Notes: generated by a model from the letters alone, not told the origin. DNA of 64,000 nucleotides from a bacterium (GCA_021158245.1 JAGGVB010000065.1:6757-70756), one strand, 5' to 3'. Counted from the first letter of the stretch, positions 10,977 to 21,207 are shown. Made by a program: numbers and translations.

Positions 10977-12170
10977 TTATCCTTTATCAATAGCAGCATA
11001 ACATAACTGTTCTAACTCCTGAGCCTTGCGGTGCCATGAATACTGCTTCCCAATTTTTTTAAATGCTGCCATACCCATACGTTCAATACTATTTTTATCC
11101 GCTGCTAATTCTTTGACTGCCATGATCATTTCCCGGATACTTCCGGGTGTACATAATATGCCATCTCTGCCGTTTTCAATAACTTCAGCAATCTGACCTA
11201 TACGTGATGTTATAACCGCTTTACCGCACGCCATGTATTCGAAAATCTTAACCGGAGAATAATAAAAAAAATCAAGCGCAGGATAGGGAGCAATCACAAT
11301 ATCCATTGATGAAATATATGCCGGTACCAGCGTATGCTCTACATAACCGGTAAGAAATATCCTGTTTTCAAGGCGCTCGGTCCTTATAAAGGTTTTCAGA
11401 TCATCAAGCATAGGCCCTCCTGAACCAACCAGCAAGAATACCACATCCCGATTATCGGCAACCACCGCCTTGATAAGTTCAATCAGCTCGCTGACGCCAT
11501 GCCAATAATGAAACGACCCTACGAATCCTACTACTGTTTTACCCTGCAGCGGAAACCTGCGCTGCACTGCAGCAGGTGAAATAAATGGATTAAACCTCTT
11601 AAGGTCCGCCCCATTTGTAATCACATGCAGGTGATTTTCCGGAACCCCCCGTCCTACAAAGTATTGTTTCAAAGTATTTGATACACAAAAAGATATATCT
11701 GCGCTATTGATAAAATCGATTTCAAGCTTTTCAGCAAGCCCCCGTATACGCCTATACCGGGGACCGAAATTGTCAAGCTCGTATACAACAGGGCTATCAG
11801 CTTCAGCAATAATGGGGATATTTGCTTTTTTCCCAATTAAACGAGGAGAAAAAAGATACGACTCCATCCTTGCAATTAATATATCCGGTATATCCTTCTT
11901 AATTATGCTGCATTCTTCCCTGTAAAATCTGACATTTTTTACTATCTGATTAGTTTCATGCAGATAGCGGTGCAGATGTTTTTTAATAATAGTTCTAACA
12001 GGCTGCTCATTCCCCTCTTGTGCCGGAGAAGGCTCATGTTTTAGCCGCCAATATTTCTTTACAAAATGCCCTCTTGCTTCAAGGGCATTCATCAACTCCA
12101 GGCCTTTAATATATGACCCGATTGATATTCCTTTCAAGTCGTAAAGATAATTAAAATAATCTATTTTCAT
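10977..12170 (-). CDS. Glycosyltransferase family 4
   Basis: GFVGSFHYWHG, SPVKIFEYMACGKAVI GT-B signature. Confidence 0.9.
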   Translation of the reverse strand: MKIDYFNYLYDLKGISIGSYIKGLELMNALEARGHFVKKYWRLKHEPSPAQEGNEQPVRTIIKKHLHRYLHETNQIVKNVRFYREECSIIKKDIPDILIARMESYLFSPRLIGKKANIPIIAEADSPVVYELDNFGPRYRRIRGLAEKLEIDFINSADISFCVSNTLKQYFVGRGVPENHLHVITNGADLKRFNPFISPAAVQRRFPLQGKTVVGFVGSFHYWHGVSELIELIKAVVADNRDVVFLLVGSGGPMLDDLKTFIRTERLENRIFLTGYVEHTLVPAYISSMDIVIAPYPALDFFYYSPVKIFEYMACGKAVITSRIGQIAEVIENGRDGILCTPGSIREMIMAVKELAADKNSIERMGMAAFKKIGKQYSWHRKAQELEQLCYAAIDKG

Positions 12171-13198
12171 TTATAATGATCTTTGTTTTTTTCAGTATCG
12201 GATATTTTTACTGCAACAGCCCGCAAATAAACGCCATTGCTGCTGTATTGAAAATCTCTGTTTGACAATACATTAAAAATACTATAGCCCGTAAACGGTT
12301 TATATATTCTTCTTATAGCTTTCTTTATAAACAAAGGAAGTAACCCTGAAATAAATTTGCGAAATATTGCGATCCTGCCCGGATAAGATAATTTCTTTTG
12401 TTCATTCCACCATTCCTCTGTTGAACGGCCCGCTCTTCCCATAAATTTTATTTCAAAGCCTGCATTCTTCAGAGATAGAGTAAAAGCTTTTTCAGTAAAG
12501 TGAGAGAGATGGGGTATTGCTGCATTTCTTTGTTCAAGGTGTTTATTAACATCTTCCACAGGCACTTCACAGACAAATATGGAATTATCATACATTAAAT
12601 CTTTGATGTGTGTTAACACTCCGTGAATATCCTCTGAATTATAATGCTCAAGAACATGGGACATCAAAATACAATCAAATTTTCTATTATCAAGATCAGG
12701 AATGGGTTCACTACTAAAAAATCCATCATATAGGTGTACTCCAAGAGATTGGAGAAAACCACGGGAATGTTCATCAGGTTCTACTACGAACAGAGAAATT
12801 CCAGGGCAAATATTTTTTACAGCATAAGATGAAAATCCATTACCCCCGCCGATATCAAGGAAAGAATCTCCTTCTCTAAATTCTCTGAACATTTTTGCAA
12901 GAAGTATCTGCGACAGAGATCGTGTTTCAATTAAAAATTTATCAAAAACAATTGATCTGGACTTTATTCCATACTTTTCTCCTGAATTCCGGTATAAACT
13001 TTTATAATACAGGTTTAAATCATTCTGCTCTATTGACGGAATAACAAAGCCAAAACCACAATTTTCACAAAAAATAAGCTCTCTGGAATCAAAAATATCC
13101 CTGCTTACTTCAGAAAATCTTTCCTCAATATTAAGGTACGAAACACGTATGCTCGTATCTACCTTTGAAGAACATACAGGACAGGTTATCTCTTTCAT
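12167..13198 (-). CDS. Class I SAM-dependent methyltransferase with N-terminal Zn-binding motif
   Basis: CPVC...CENC; FLDIGGGNG motif I; FDCILMSHVLEH; EVP; HLSHF. Confidence 0.85.
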   Translation of the reverse strand: MKEITCPVCSSKVDTSIRVSYLNIEERFSEVSRDIFDSRELIFCENCGFGFVIPSIEQNDLNLYYKSLYRNSGEKYGIKSRSIVFDKFLIETRSLSQILLAKMFREFREGDSFLDIGGGNGFSSYAVKNICPGISLFVVEPDEHSRGFLQSLGVHLYDGFFSSEPIPDLDNRKFDCILMSHVLEHYNSEDIHGVLTHIKDLMYDNSIFVCEVPVEDVNKHLEQRNAAIPHLSHFTEKAFTLSLKNAGFEIKFMGRAGRSTEEWWNEQKKLSYPGRIAIFRKFISGLLPLFIKKAIRRIYKPFTGYSIFNVLSNRDFQYSSNGVYLRAVAVKISDTEKNKDHYK

Positions 13199-13213
13199 AT
13201 CACTTTCTTATAT

Positions 13214-15139
13214 TTATTCTAATCTGATTACTTTTACTCCTGTGGGAGCTTCAGGCGGAGTTATATCTGAATCCCCAAGAGGCCCTCTGTAAACAAACTT
13301 TATTGCATCCGAAATAACCACACCGCTCGTATTGTTTGTTATTTTAACATATGCCTCCTTGCCTCTTGCAAAAGGCAAAATACCAAGGCTGTTCCACCTG
13401 CCGAAATTGGTTGTCTGATCAATATAAATAGTTGTATCAATTCCTGTACTCGCAGTATGAATAATTGCAGGCACATGGTTTGCAAGCTGCTGACTTGAAG
13501 GGTCCGTGCCCATATAACCGTGCCACTCATAAATTTCATACCTTCCTGCAAGCCCTATTGCAGGAGTATATGTTGCAACTTCTTCACCGCTTCCCGGAGC
13601 ACTCCATGCAAATCCGTTTTTCTGATATGGGCCATAATCTCTGTTATCATAAACCGCATAAAATTTTTTCCCATTAGTTGACATAACCCACCCTCCTGTA
13701 TAACTGACAGGATCAGATCCCGGTGATGTCTGATTGTCGGGATTATTATCAACAATTATGGGCGTTACAAAAACTTTTTTACTTCTGAAAAGCATAGTAC
13801 CGTCACCAAATACTTCCAGTTCAGGCCAACCTGCTTTTGCTGCATCTCCCCAAAGGACCAGAGGATTACTGTCAGTGATCTCCTCTCCGTTATTAAAAAC
13901 AGGATCCTGGCCTCCCTTGATTCTGTAATATCTGGATCCGGCAATAGGATCAAGAGCAGATAGATCAGATGCTGTAATTGTCTGCTGTACACCTGACGAA
14001 TTTACAACAGAAACGCCGTTATCAAAAAATCTTATCCACACACCGTCAGCATAAGGAGTTGCCGCAACAGGCTTACCTTCAATTTTCAACATATCACTCC
14101 TCGGATAACCAAGCTGGCCTTTTGCTTCAAACTCATCATAAAAATAAATATTTCCGTGGTGGCCTATCTGATTGCCCTCATCAACATAAAAATATGCTGA
14201 TGTCAAAAGACAGCTTGCAAAACCATATCTTACAGCTCTATAATTATTTTTATACGGAGTTACAGGAAAATTCCTGTTATAAAAAGAATGAGAAGAATTG
14301 AAAAGCATTATTTTCGGCTCTTTGGTATTTGTTTTAGTATCATTATAATTCGTTCTCCACCACTTCCACGGGCCGTTATAAATTGGCCAGTCTTCAAAAC
14401 ATGCACCATTAATATTCGACCAAAGATCCCAGCCTTTTCCTCCTATCTGAACAACTACATACTTTACTCCCGGAATTTGATACTCTCTTTTATGGAAATC
14501 TTTTAACCCCATTTCCCATAAAGTCTGAACCGAATCAGCTCCCCACTCCTGAGTGTCTACAATACCATTACCGTTCAAATCACCTTTTGTTCTTACATTA
14601 TACCCGGGGCCGATCCACCACCAATCATGGAAAACACCATCATAAACTGAAAAATCAATATCATTCGGCAAAAATCTTAGAATATAATCAACATAAGTCT
14701 GAAGGCCATTCCCGTCACCAAGATCAACTTTCGGACAAAGTGGAGTAATATTCATAATATGTGCATTATCCCATAGTTCACATCTGTTACCATCCACATC
14801 ATGCCAATACCACTCTTCAGGCAAATCTCCGAGAGTATGCCCTCTGTTAAAATCAATAATGCAGTCGCTTGTTGCCAGTAAAATCACATTTGGATTTGCC
14901 GCTTTGTAATCATGGGCTCTGCTGTTGCCCGGAGGATATGCTATAATATCAAAATCTTTTAATATATCCACGCAAGCCTCAGTCTGTCCGCTGAAAGTAA
15001 AAATGCCAAGTCTGGGATATGGCGGGTTTAAATCCTGTGTAAAAGCAGTGCTATTGGAAAACAATACCGCTCCAACAGTAATAAATACAATTATATTTGA
15101 TAGAATGATATGATTCTTATAATTCTTCTGGCGGTACAT
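13214..15139 (-). CDS. Secreted putative glycoside hydrolase (GHL15-like TIM barrel) with a C-terminal golvesin/xanthan-lyase-type carbohydrate-binding domain
   Basis: Signal peptide AFT|Q; YDGVFHD, NGACFEDW, RYGFASCLL, YDEF..LGYP, GVWIRFFDNG motifs; C-domain IIVDN...GRYEIYEW...GRWNSLG...VISDAIKFV; tail DITPPEAPTGVKV. Confidence 0.65.
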   Translation of the reverse strand: MYRQKNYKNHIILSNIIVFITVGAVLFSNSTAFTQDLNPPYPRLGIFTFSGQTEACVDILKDFDIIAYPPGNSRAHDYKAANPNVILLATSDCIIDFNRGHTLGDLPEEWYWHDVDGNRCELWDNAHIMNITPLCPKVDLGDGNGLQTYVDYILRFLPNDIDFSVYDGVFHDWWWIGPGYNVRTKGDLNGNGIVDTQEWGADSVQTLWEMGLKDFHKREYQIPGVKYVVVQIGGKGWDLWSNINGACFEDWPIYNGPWKWWRTNYNDTKTNTKEPKIMLFNSSHSFYNRNFPVTPYKNNYRAVRYGFASCLLTSAYFYVDEGNQIGHHGNIYFYDEFEAKGQLGYPRSDMLKIEGKPVAATPYADGVWIRFFDNGVSVVNSSGVQQTITASDLSALDPIAGSRYYRIKGGQDPVFNNGEEITDSNPLVLWGDAAKAGWPELEVFGDGTMLFRSKKVFVTPIIVDNNPDNQTSPGSDPVSYTGGWVMSTNGKKFYAVYDNRDYGPYQKNGFAWSAPGSGEEVATYTPAIGLAGRYEIYEWHGYMGTDPSSQQLANHVPAIIHTASTGIDTTIYIDQTTNFGRWNSLGILPFARGKEAYVKITNNTSGVVISDAIKFVYRGPLGDSDITPPEAPTGVKVIRLE

Positions 15140-15154
15140 AACAGATCACCTCCA

Positions 15155-16270
15155 TTATAATATATTTTTATATAGGCTGACAAATTGGCCGACTTCTCTT
15201 TGCCATGAAAAGTATTCTTCTGCTCTTATTCTTCCACTTTCCCCATATTTTTTCATCATCTTTTTATTATTACATAACTTAAGAATAGCTTCCGCAAGAA
15301 CATCCGAATTCTCTGGACAGACAAGTAACCCCGTCTCATTCTGTAAGACTGCTTCAGGAGTACCGTCTACAGCAGTAGCAATAACAGGAAGCCCTGCGGC
15401 CATTGCTTCAAGTACTGCATTAGGCAGCCCCTCATAAAGAGAAGGCAGCACAAAAACATCAAAAGAGTTCAAAAGTCTGTCAACATCCGTACGGAAGCCA
15501 AGAAGATGAAAATGTTTTTCAATACCCAGATCTTTAATCATAATTTCTATCTCTTCTCTCAAAGGACCGTCACCAACAAGCACAAAATGTGCTGACTTGT
15601 TTCTCTTAATTACGCTATGTGCAGCTTTAATCAGATATCTGTGCCCCTTCTGCTTTGTAAACCTTGCAACAGTTCCAAAAACAATATCTTCTCTTCTAAA
15701 CCCCAAACTCTTTCGCAATTCAAAATCAGCACAAGGGTAGAATCTGCTTAAATCCACTCCATAATGAATTGTCATTGTTTTTCGTTTAGGAACTTTATAC
15801 TCATTCTGTACCTTCTTTTCAATAGCTTTTGATACTGCTACTGATTTTGTGTAAAGTATAGAAGCAATCCTGTAAGCTATTAAATGCCTTAGCTCATAAT
15901 GTTCAGTAACTGCTTCCCACGAGATTATTTTTTTCACACCTGCAATTCTTGCTGCTACCGCTCCTATTACATCAGCATAGAAAAGTGTTGTATGAACGAT
16001 ATCCGCTTTTTCTTCATGTATAAGCTGTGCTACTTTTTTGATAAGAGAAAAATCAAAAGACCGCTTTTTGTTAAATACAACTATCTTAACACCAAGATTA
16101 CTAAATTTTTCATAAAGAGGGCCGCTCTGGCCGACACTGCACACTACCGGCTCAAATTCGTCTTTATGCCAAAGATTCAGGCCTTTTACAAGATCAAGTA
16201 CCTTGAGCTCTCCTCCCCCTATGGCAAACCCATTAACAATAAAAAGAATTTTTATCCTATCCAAAAACAT
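15155..16270 (-). CDS. Glycosyltransferase family 4
   Basis: IGGGE, ARFTKQKGH, PSLYEGLPNAVLEAMAAG. Confidence 0.92.
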   Translation of the reverse strand: MFLDRIKILFIVNGFAIGGGELKVLDLVKGLNLWHKDEFEPVVCSVGQSGPLYEKFSNLGVKIVVFNKKRSFDFSLIKKVAQLIHEEKADIVHTTLFYADVIGAVAARIAGVKKIISWEAVTEHYELRHLIAYRIASILYTKSVAVSKAIEKKVQNEYKVPKRKTMTIHYGVDLSRFYPCADFELRKSLGFRREDIVFGTVARFTKQKGHRYLIKAAHSVIKRNKSAHFVLVGDGPLREEIEIMIKDLGIEKHFHLLGFRTDVDRLLNSFDVFVLPSLYEGLPNAVLEAMAAGLPVIATAVDGTPEAVLQNETGLLVCPENSDVLAEAILKLCNNKKMMKKYGESGRIRAEEYFSWQREVGQFVSLYKNIL

Positions 16271-16287
16271 GCCTTTATTTTAACCTC

Positions 16288-18135
16288 CTATTCCTGTTTT
16301 TGATTTGCAGTAACACCAGTAGGAATCCTCGGAGGTGTATTGTCAGCAGGAGCATTACTTAAAGTTTTAGTCCAATTGTCAAAATCATACTCAATCTGTT
16401 TCCCGTGTTTTCTAACAATCATCTTATCTCCTGACCAGCGCACCAAATATTTACCATTATTATCAATTGCTTCAAGGCGTTTAAAAGGAAAAGTGAATAC
16501 AAATCCAAAATCACCAATGCCGCCCTTTTTCACAATAGAAACAAAGGTATCAGTACCCGGAAGCCTATTATAGCCAATCCAGTCACCCTTGCTTGTAATA
16601 TACTTACCTGTTCCAAGATCAGCATTCGCAAATATTGCCGCTTCAAAATCATCAAGGCTGGCATAATCCACACCTTCTATGGCTACTTCTAACGCACTGG
16701 TATTAACATCAGTACGAATCCTAATGGCAACCATTGTCCTTCCCTCTTTTAAAAATCTCCAATTACCAATAGTTTGATCTACATCAAAAGCATTGCTGCG
16801 CAGGGCAACATGAAAAAAGGTGGCCTTAATAAACATTGCATTTTTGTACTGGAACCCCTGTTCTCCTGTTGTAAGATAGTTCATGTAATAAACTGGATGT
16901 GAGACATCCTCCCCTACGTCTTTTGTATTTATCCACAATCTGAAAGGTATTCCAGGCCTGCCGTAGCTTCCCGGTTCATCATCGGATTTAATACATAGCT
17001 GCCAATTCGATGTTGCACCGCCGCCCAGGGAATAAAATTTTGTAACATAATCCCATTTACCCGTATTTACGGCCCTTGTAATACTCCTGTTATATTCCAT
17101 ATTTATATGATAATAATTATCCGGTTCATCACTTAAATCACCAATATCAAAGATAATATCAGGTAACCTGTAATCAGAAAAATAAATACTCCTTGAAGGT
17201 TCATGTGAAGGCCTTGGCCCCCCCCAGAATATATCCCAGTAAAATCGGCCCCACCCTTTTCTGTAAACTTCCTCATATGATCGTCCAAGCTCACCACCCC
17301 ACTGCTGACCACCATAATCCATTACTGAATCAATAAGATAGAAATCAATAAATATCTCAGCTTTACGCTTCATAACAGGGTCTTCCGAAAACTTTTGAAG
17401 AGCACTTATGCTGTGAATAATACACCAGGAATAAACAGGGCTGTCAAATTCATTATTACCAGATTTTACCCATTTATCAAGAAGATAATTAATATAAGCT
17501 TCACTTAACTCAAATTCATTGTATCTCTCGCCTATAGAATAAAGTTTTCCATTCCACATAAAAGGAATAACATTTTGACTGGGTGGAGGATCAGTTGAAT
17601 AGTTGATATAAATATTTTTATGATATTGGCTGTATAGATATCTTGCAACCCAATCTGCAATTTGACTATTTGGAGCACCTGGTGCAACATTGTTTGATCT
17701 GTACACTCCATCATATAAATTTTGTATAAATTGCTTATCACTCGGATAGATAACATCACCATAATCGTAGAGAATCCATAAAAGCATTACAGAAGATTGC
17801 CATTCTCCATAATGCCAGGCATGCGCATATGGGGCATAACCTTCAGATGTCCACAATGACCCCCAGCTTATGATTATATTATGTACAATATCAAGTGCTG
17901 GTTTTGAAACACCATCAATATCTGTAACATAGTAGGTATTGCCGTCCAGTGTACCATTCTTCATTTTTTCCAGCCACGCCCATATTCTTTCATGAAAACT
18001 ACGGCACTGTTCACCCATTGTATCAAGATATTCCTGCTTTTTCTGATCAAAAACTGTCTGAGCAGGTAATGAACCTGTAATGATGAATAGAAGGAACAAA
18101 ATAATTATCAGCAAAAATTTCCTTTTCTTAAACAT
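16288..18135 (-). CDS. Secreted protein of unknown function, possibly heparinase/lyase-like alpha-toroid plus beta-sandwich
   Basis: Signal peptide MFKKRK..SLPA|Q; GNNEFDSPVY...ALQKFSEDP..KRKAEIFID...GRSY resembles lyase-like helical families; beta-rich C-half; tail DNTPPRIPTGVTA. The ORF is solid, the function is uncertain. Confidence 0.6.
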   Translation of the reverse strand: MFKKRKFLLIIILFLLFIITGSLPAQTVFDQKKQEYLDTMGEQCRSFHERIWAWLEKMKNGTLDGNTYYVTDIDGVSKPALDIVHNIIISWGSLWTSEGYAPYAHAWHYGEWQSSVMLLWILYDYGDVIYPSDKQFIQNLYDGVYRSNNVAPGAPNSQIADWVARYLYSQYHKNIYINYSTDPPPSQNVIPFMWNGKLYSIGERYNEFELSEAYINYLLDKWVKSGNNEFDSPVYSWCIIHSISALQKFSEDPVMKRKAEIFIDFYLIDSVMDYGGQQWGGELGRSYEEVYRKGWGRFYWDIFWGGPRPSHEPSRSIYFSDYRLPDIIFDIGDLSDEPDNYYHINMEYNRSITRAVNTGKWDYVTKFYSLGGGATSNWQLCIKSDDEPGSYGRPGIPFRLWINTKDVGEDVSHPVYYMNYLTTGEQGFQYKNAMFIKATFFHVALRSNAFDVDQTIGNWRFLKEGRTMVAIRIRTDVNTSALEVAIEGVDYASLDDFEAAIFANADLGTGKYITSKGDWIGYNRLPGTDTFVSIVKKGGIGDFGFVFTFPFKRLEAIDNNGKYLVRWSGDKMIVRKHGKQIEYDFDNWTKTLSNAPADNTPPRIPTGVTANQKQE

Positions 18136-18163
18136 AAGCCTTCACCTCCTGATGTAAATTTTC

Positions 18164-19420
18164 TCAGCTTGAATGTATTTCAACACCAGCTGCTTGATAA
18201 AAAGATATCATTTTGTTGTAATGCATATCAGGATCAAATATCTTTTCCGCCTTTACACGTGCTGCTTTACCCAAAGCAGCAAGATGTGTTTTATCACCTA
18301 TCATACGGCCAAGCAGCTCCATCAGCTCATCAACATTCCCTTGTTCGAATATATATCCATCCTCGCCGTTTTTAATTAACTCTGGAATCCCACCCATATT
18401 TGAGCCTATTACAGGTTTACCCATTGCCAAAGACTCATACATTACAAGAGGGGAATTATCATACCACTCTGAAGGAACTACGACAAACTGAGCACCGGAG
18501 ACTATTTTCTTGAGTTCATCACCGTAAACCGGGCCTGTAAATTCAACCCACTTATTAAGTCCCAACTCTTCGGACAGCTTCTTTAAATTTTTCTCTTCAG
18601 GGCCTGTACCTATTATTTTCAGCTTCTGCTTTTTCACTTTTGAAAATGCTTTTAAAAGAACCGGTACTCCCTTTTCAGCAGAAAGTCTCCCGTAATATAC
18701 AAAATAATCATCACTGTCATATCGGACAGGGTAGGAGTTCAAATCAATTGTATAAAAAAGATGATGTATTTTATCCTTCTCAATACCTCCCTGCACAAGT
18801 TTCTGCCCCATAAACATAGATGGCACATGATACAAATCTATGTTTTTTGTGTACAGCCCCAGCCATTTATGAACATACATCTCAAAAGCAAGCATAAAAG
18901 ATGCTGCATATGATCCCTTATGACATTTTTCAATTATTGCGTGATAGTAGTTTCCATCAAGGCATTTCTCACAAATTTCATTTTTCCCCATATTATACAG
19001 TCTGTAACTCGGGCACACAGGTTTGTACGTATGTACAGTCTGAATCACTGGTATTCCCCTTGATTTCAGAACAGGAAGAATTGAAGGTGATATCTGATGA
19101 TCTATCATGTGAAGATGAGCCACATCAGGTTTTACTTTATCAAGGAGTCTCTCCATCCGTTTTTTTGCCTGAATGGAATATGTAATTCGGACCATTGACC
19201 TGATTCCTGTTACAACTTTTTGGAATTTTGATTCAGGATTAAAATCAATATTATCTACAAAATATTTTTCCCATGAAGTTTCATAATTTTGAGGATGTTT
19301 CATCGAAAAAGGAATCACTTCATGGCCTTTGGACTCAAAAATCTTTGCAAGTTCAAAAAAGTACCTTTCAGCACCGCCCTTGATAAAATAATACTTGTCA
19401 ATCATTAAAATCTTCAACAA
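18164..19420 (-). CDS. Glycosyltransferase family 4
   Basis: KGGAERY, GRLSAEKG, PSEWYDNSPLVMYESLAMG; TTG start after a GGGAG SD-like stretch. Confidence 0.9.
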   Translation of the reverse strand: MLKILMIDKYYFIKGGAERYFFELAKIFESKGHEVIPFSMKHPQNYETSWEKYFVDNIDFNPESKFQKVVTGIRSMVRITYSIQAKKRMERLLDKVKPDVAHLHMIDHQISPSILPVLKSRGIPVIQTVHTYKPVCPSYRLYNMGKNEICEKCLDGNYYHAIIEKCHKGSYAASFMLAFEMYVHKWLGLYTKNIDLYHVPSMFMGQKLVQGGIEKDKIHHLFYTIDLNSYPVRYDSDDYFVYYGRLSAEKGVPVLLKAFSKVKKQKLKIIGTGPEEKNLKKLSEELGLNKWVEFTGPVYGDELKKIVSGAQFVVVPSEWYDNSPLVMYESLAMGKPVIGSNMGGIPELIKNGEDGYIFEQGNVDELMELLGRMIGDKTHLAALGKAARVKAEKIFDPDMHYNKMISFYQAAGVEIHSS

Positions 19421-19431
19421 CCTGCTCCCTG

Positions 19432-21207
19432 CTATTCTCTTTTAGATCCTTTTTCTTCCACCAGAAAACCTCCGATGGCAAGATACTCAAGATGCCCCAT
19501 GTTAAAGGCTCGTACAGCATCATCAGGAGAACATACTATGGGTTCTTCATGCATATTAAAACTTGTATTAATGATTGTTGGTATACCAGTACGTTTTTCA
19601 TAAGCCTTTAATATCATATAATAGCTTTCATTAACTTCTCTTCTTATAAGCTGCGGACGTGCTGTTTTATCAACATGAACAGTTGCAGGGCATGTATTTT
19701 CCATCTTGTCTGTACAATCAAAAGTAATAGTCATATATTCAGCAGGAAAATAATTTTCTTTAAGATTCCTGTACTGCTTTTCTGCTTCCTCATAAATTGT
19801 TACCGGTGCAAACGGCATAAATTCTGTACGTTTGAGCTTATGATTCAGCCAGTCATTAACAGTAGGATCTGTAGACTGATAAAGAATGGATCGATTCCCC
19901 AATGCCCTTGGCCCGTACTCCATTCTTCCGTTAAAACGCGCAACAACTTTGCCCTGTGCCAGCAGTTCACCTATCTTGTCTTCGATATTATCATAGAACT
20001 TGTATGGATTTTTTGAGTTCTGCAGACTCTTTTCAATATCCTCCCTGGAATATTCAGGGCCGAGATATACGTCTTCAATTTTTCTATTCTCTATTTCATT
20101 CCATTCTCCGGGATTCTGCTCATAATATGACCACAATGCAGCACCTGCACTCAATCCGCCATCGCCCATAGACGGGAAAATAAAAACAGAAGAAACTCCA
20201 TCCAGCTCTGCTACTCTTTGATTAACCTTTACATTGGCAAAAACGCCTCCTGCCATACGAACATCAATTTCATTACGATCTTTGAGTTCCTGATCCACAT
20301 AAAATTTAACAAATTCTGCAACTGACTTTTCAGTAATATCCTGAATACCCGCAGCGATATCTTCCCGCGAATAATTTTCTAACAGACCATCCATTGCTTT
20401 AACTAATTTTGGATAGTTACTCCTCTGCGGATAGGCATGTTGTAAAACTTTTTTAGAAAGCTCATAATTGAATTCATGGCCTTCCATTCTAAAAAATTTT
20501 CTGTAAATATCCTCTGTATTATGCGGATTTCCATAAGCAGCCAGCCCTGTTATTTTACCCTCATGCCGGTTAGGCTTAAATCCGAGCATCCAGGTAATAA
20601 GGTTATAAAACAAACCGATACTGTGAAAACTTGGCACTTTTGCACGCTGCTCCAATTTTCCGTCCCTACCCCGGAAAATTGTTCCGGCAAGTCCGTCCCC
20701 CTGTCCATCAAGTGTAACAACAAGAGCATCTGATTTCCCGCCTGTATAAAAGGCTGATGCAGCATGAGCTGTATGGTGATTTACCAAATCAATCGGCTTA
20801 TCATCCAACCCGTATTTTTTTAATAACTTCTTTAGCTTTATAATCCTCCTTTGATTATAAAAATAGGGATAGAACAAAAAATACTTGTCCCACCTTATTG
20901 ATTTACTAAACAAAGAATGAATAATCCATCTCGGTTCTTTCTCTTTTAAAAATAAATCCTTAAGAACATATTTCAAAAGATCGGCCGGACGCTCAATTGC
21001 AATTGCAATTCTATCAATATTAGTACTGTCAGATCCAGTCATTTCTAAGACTTTCTCTATGCTTCTCCACGGAGGTCCGTCTGATGTATTCCCATTGTGA
21101 AACTTAATCCGCGAAAGCCTCTCTTCTTCTATAGCTGCAATAATTCTGCCATCTTCTACAACTGCGCTGCTGCAATTGTGATCATCAAAAATACCGAGAA
21201 TTCTCAA
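19432..21207 (-). CDS. Carbamoyltransferase (NodU/CmcH family)
   Basis: EEERLSRIK, HHTAHAASA, DGQGD, HEGKITGLAAYG, GGVFANVK, EYGPRALGNRS, FMPFAP, HVDKTARPQ, NTSFNMHEEP. Confidence 0.95.
   Translation of the reverse strand: MRILGIFDDHNCSSAVVEDGRIIAAIEEERLSRIKFHNGNTSDGPPWRSIEKVLEMTGSDSTNIDRIAIAIERPADLLKYVLKDLFLKEKEPRWIIHSLFSKSIRWDKYFLFYPYFYNQRRIIKLKKLLKKYGLDDKPIDLVNHHTAHAASAFYTGGKSDALVVTLDGQGDGLAGTIFRGRDGKLEQRAKVPSFHSIGLFYNLITWMLGFKPNRHEGKITGLAAYGNPHNTEDIYRKFFRMEGHEFNYELSKKVLQHAYPQRSNYPKLVKAMDGLLENYSREDIAAGIQDITEKSVAEFVKFYVDQELKDRNEIDVRMAGGVFANVKVNQRVAELDGVSSVFIFPSMGDGGLSAGAALWSYYEQNPGEWNEIENRKIEDVYLGPEYSREDIEKSLQNSKNPYKFYDNIEDKIGELLAQGKVVARFNGRMEYGPRALGNRSILYQSTDPTVNDWLNHKLKRTEFMPFAPVTIYEEAEKQYRNLKENYFPAEYMTITFDCTDKMENTCPATVHVDKTARPQLIRREVNESYYMILKAYEKRTGIPTIINTSFNMHEEPIVCSPDDAVRAFNMGHLEYLAIGGFLVEEKGSKRE

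Noticed and set aside
13214-18135. PEP-CTERM/exosortase or T9SS sorting
   Set aside because: The tails lack the PEP-TM-basic layout and the roughly 70-aa T9SS CTD, and no exosortase is in the window.
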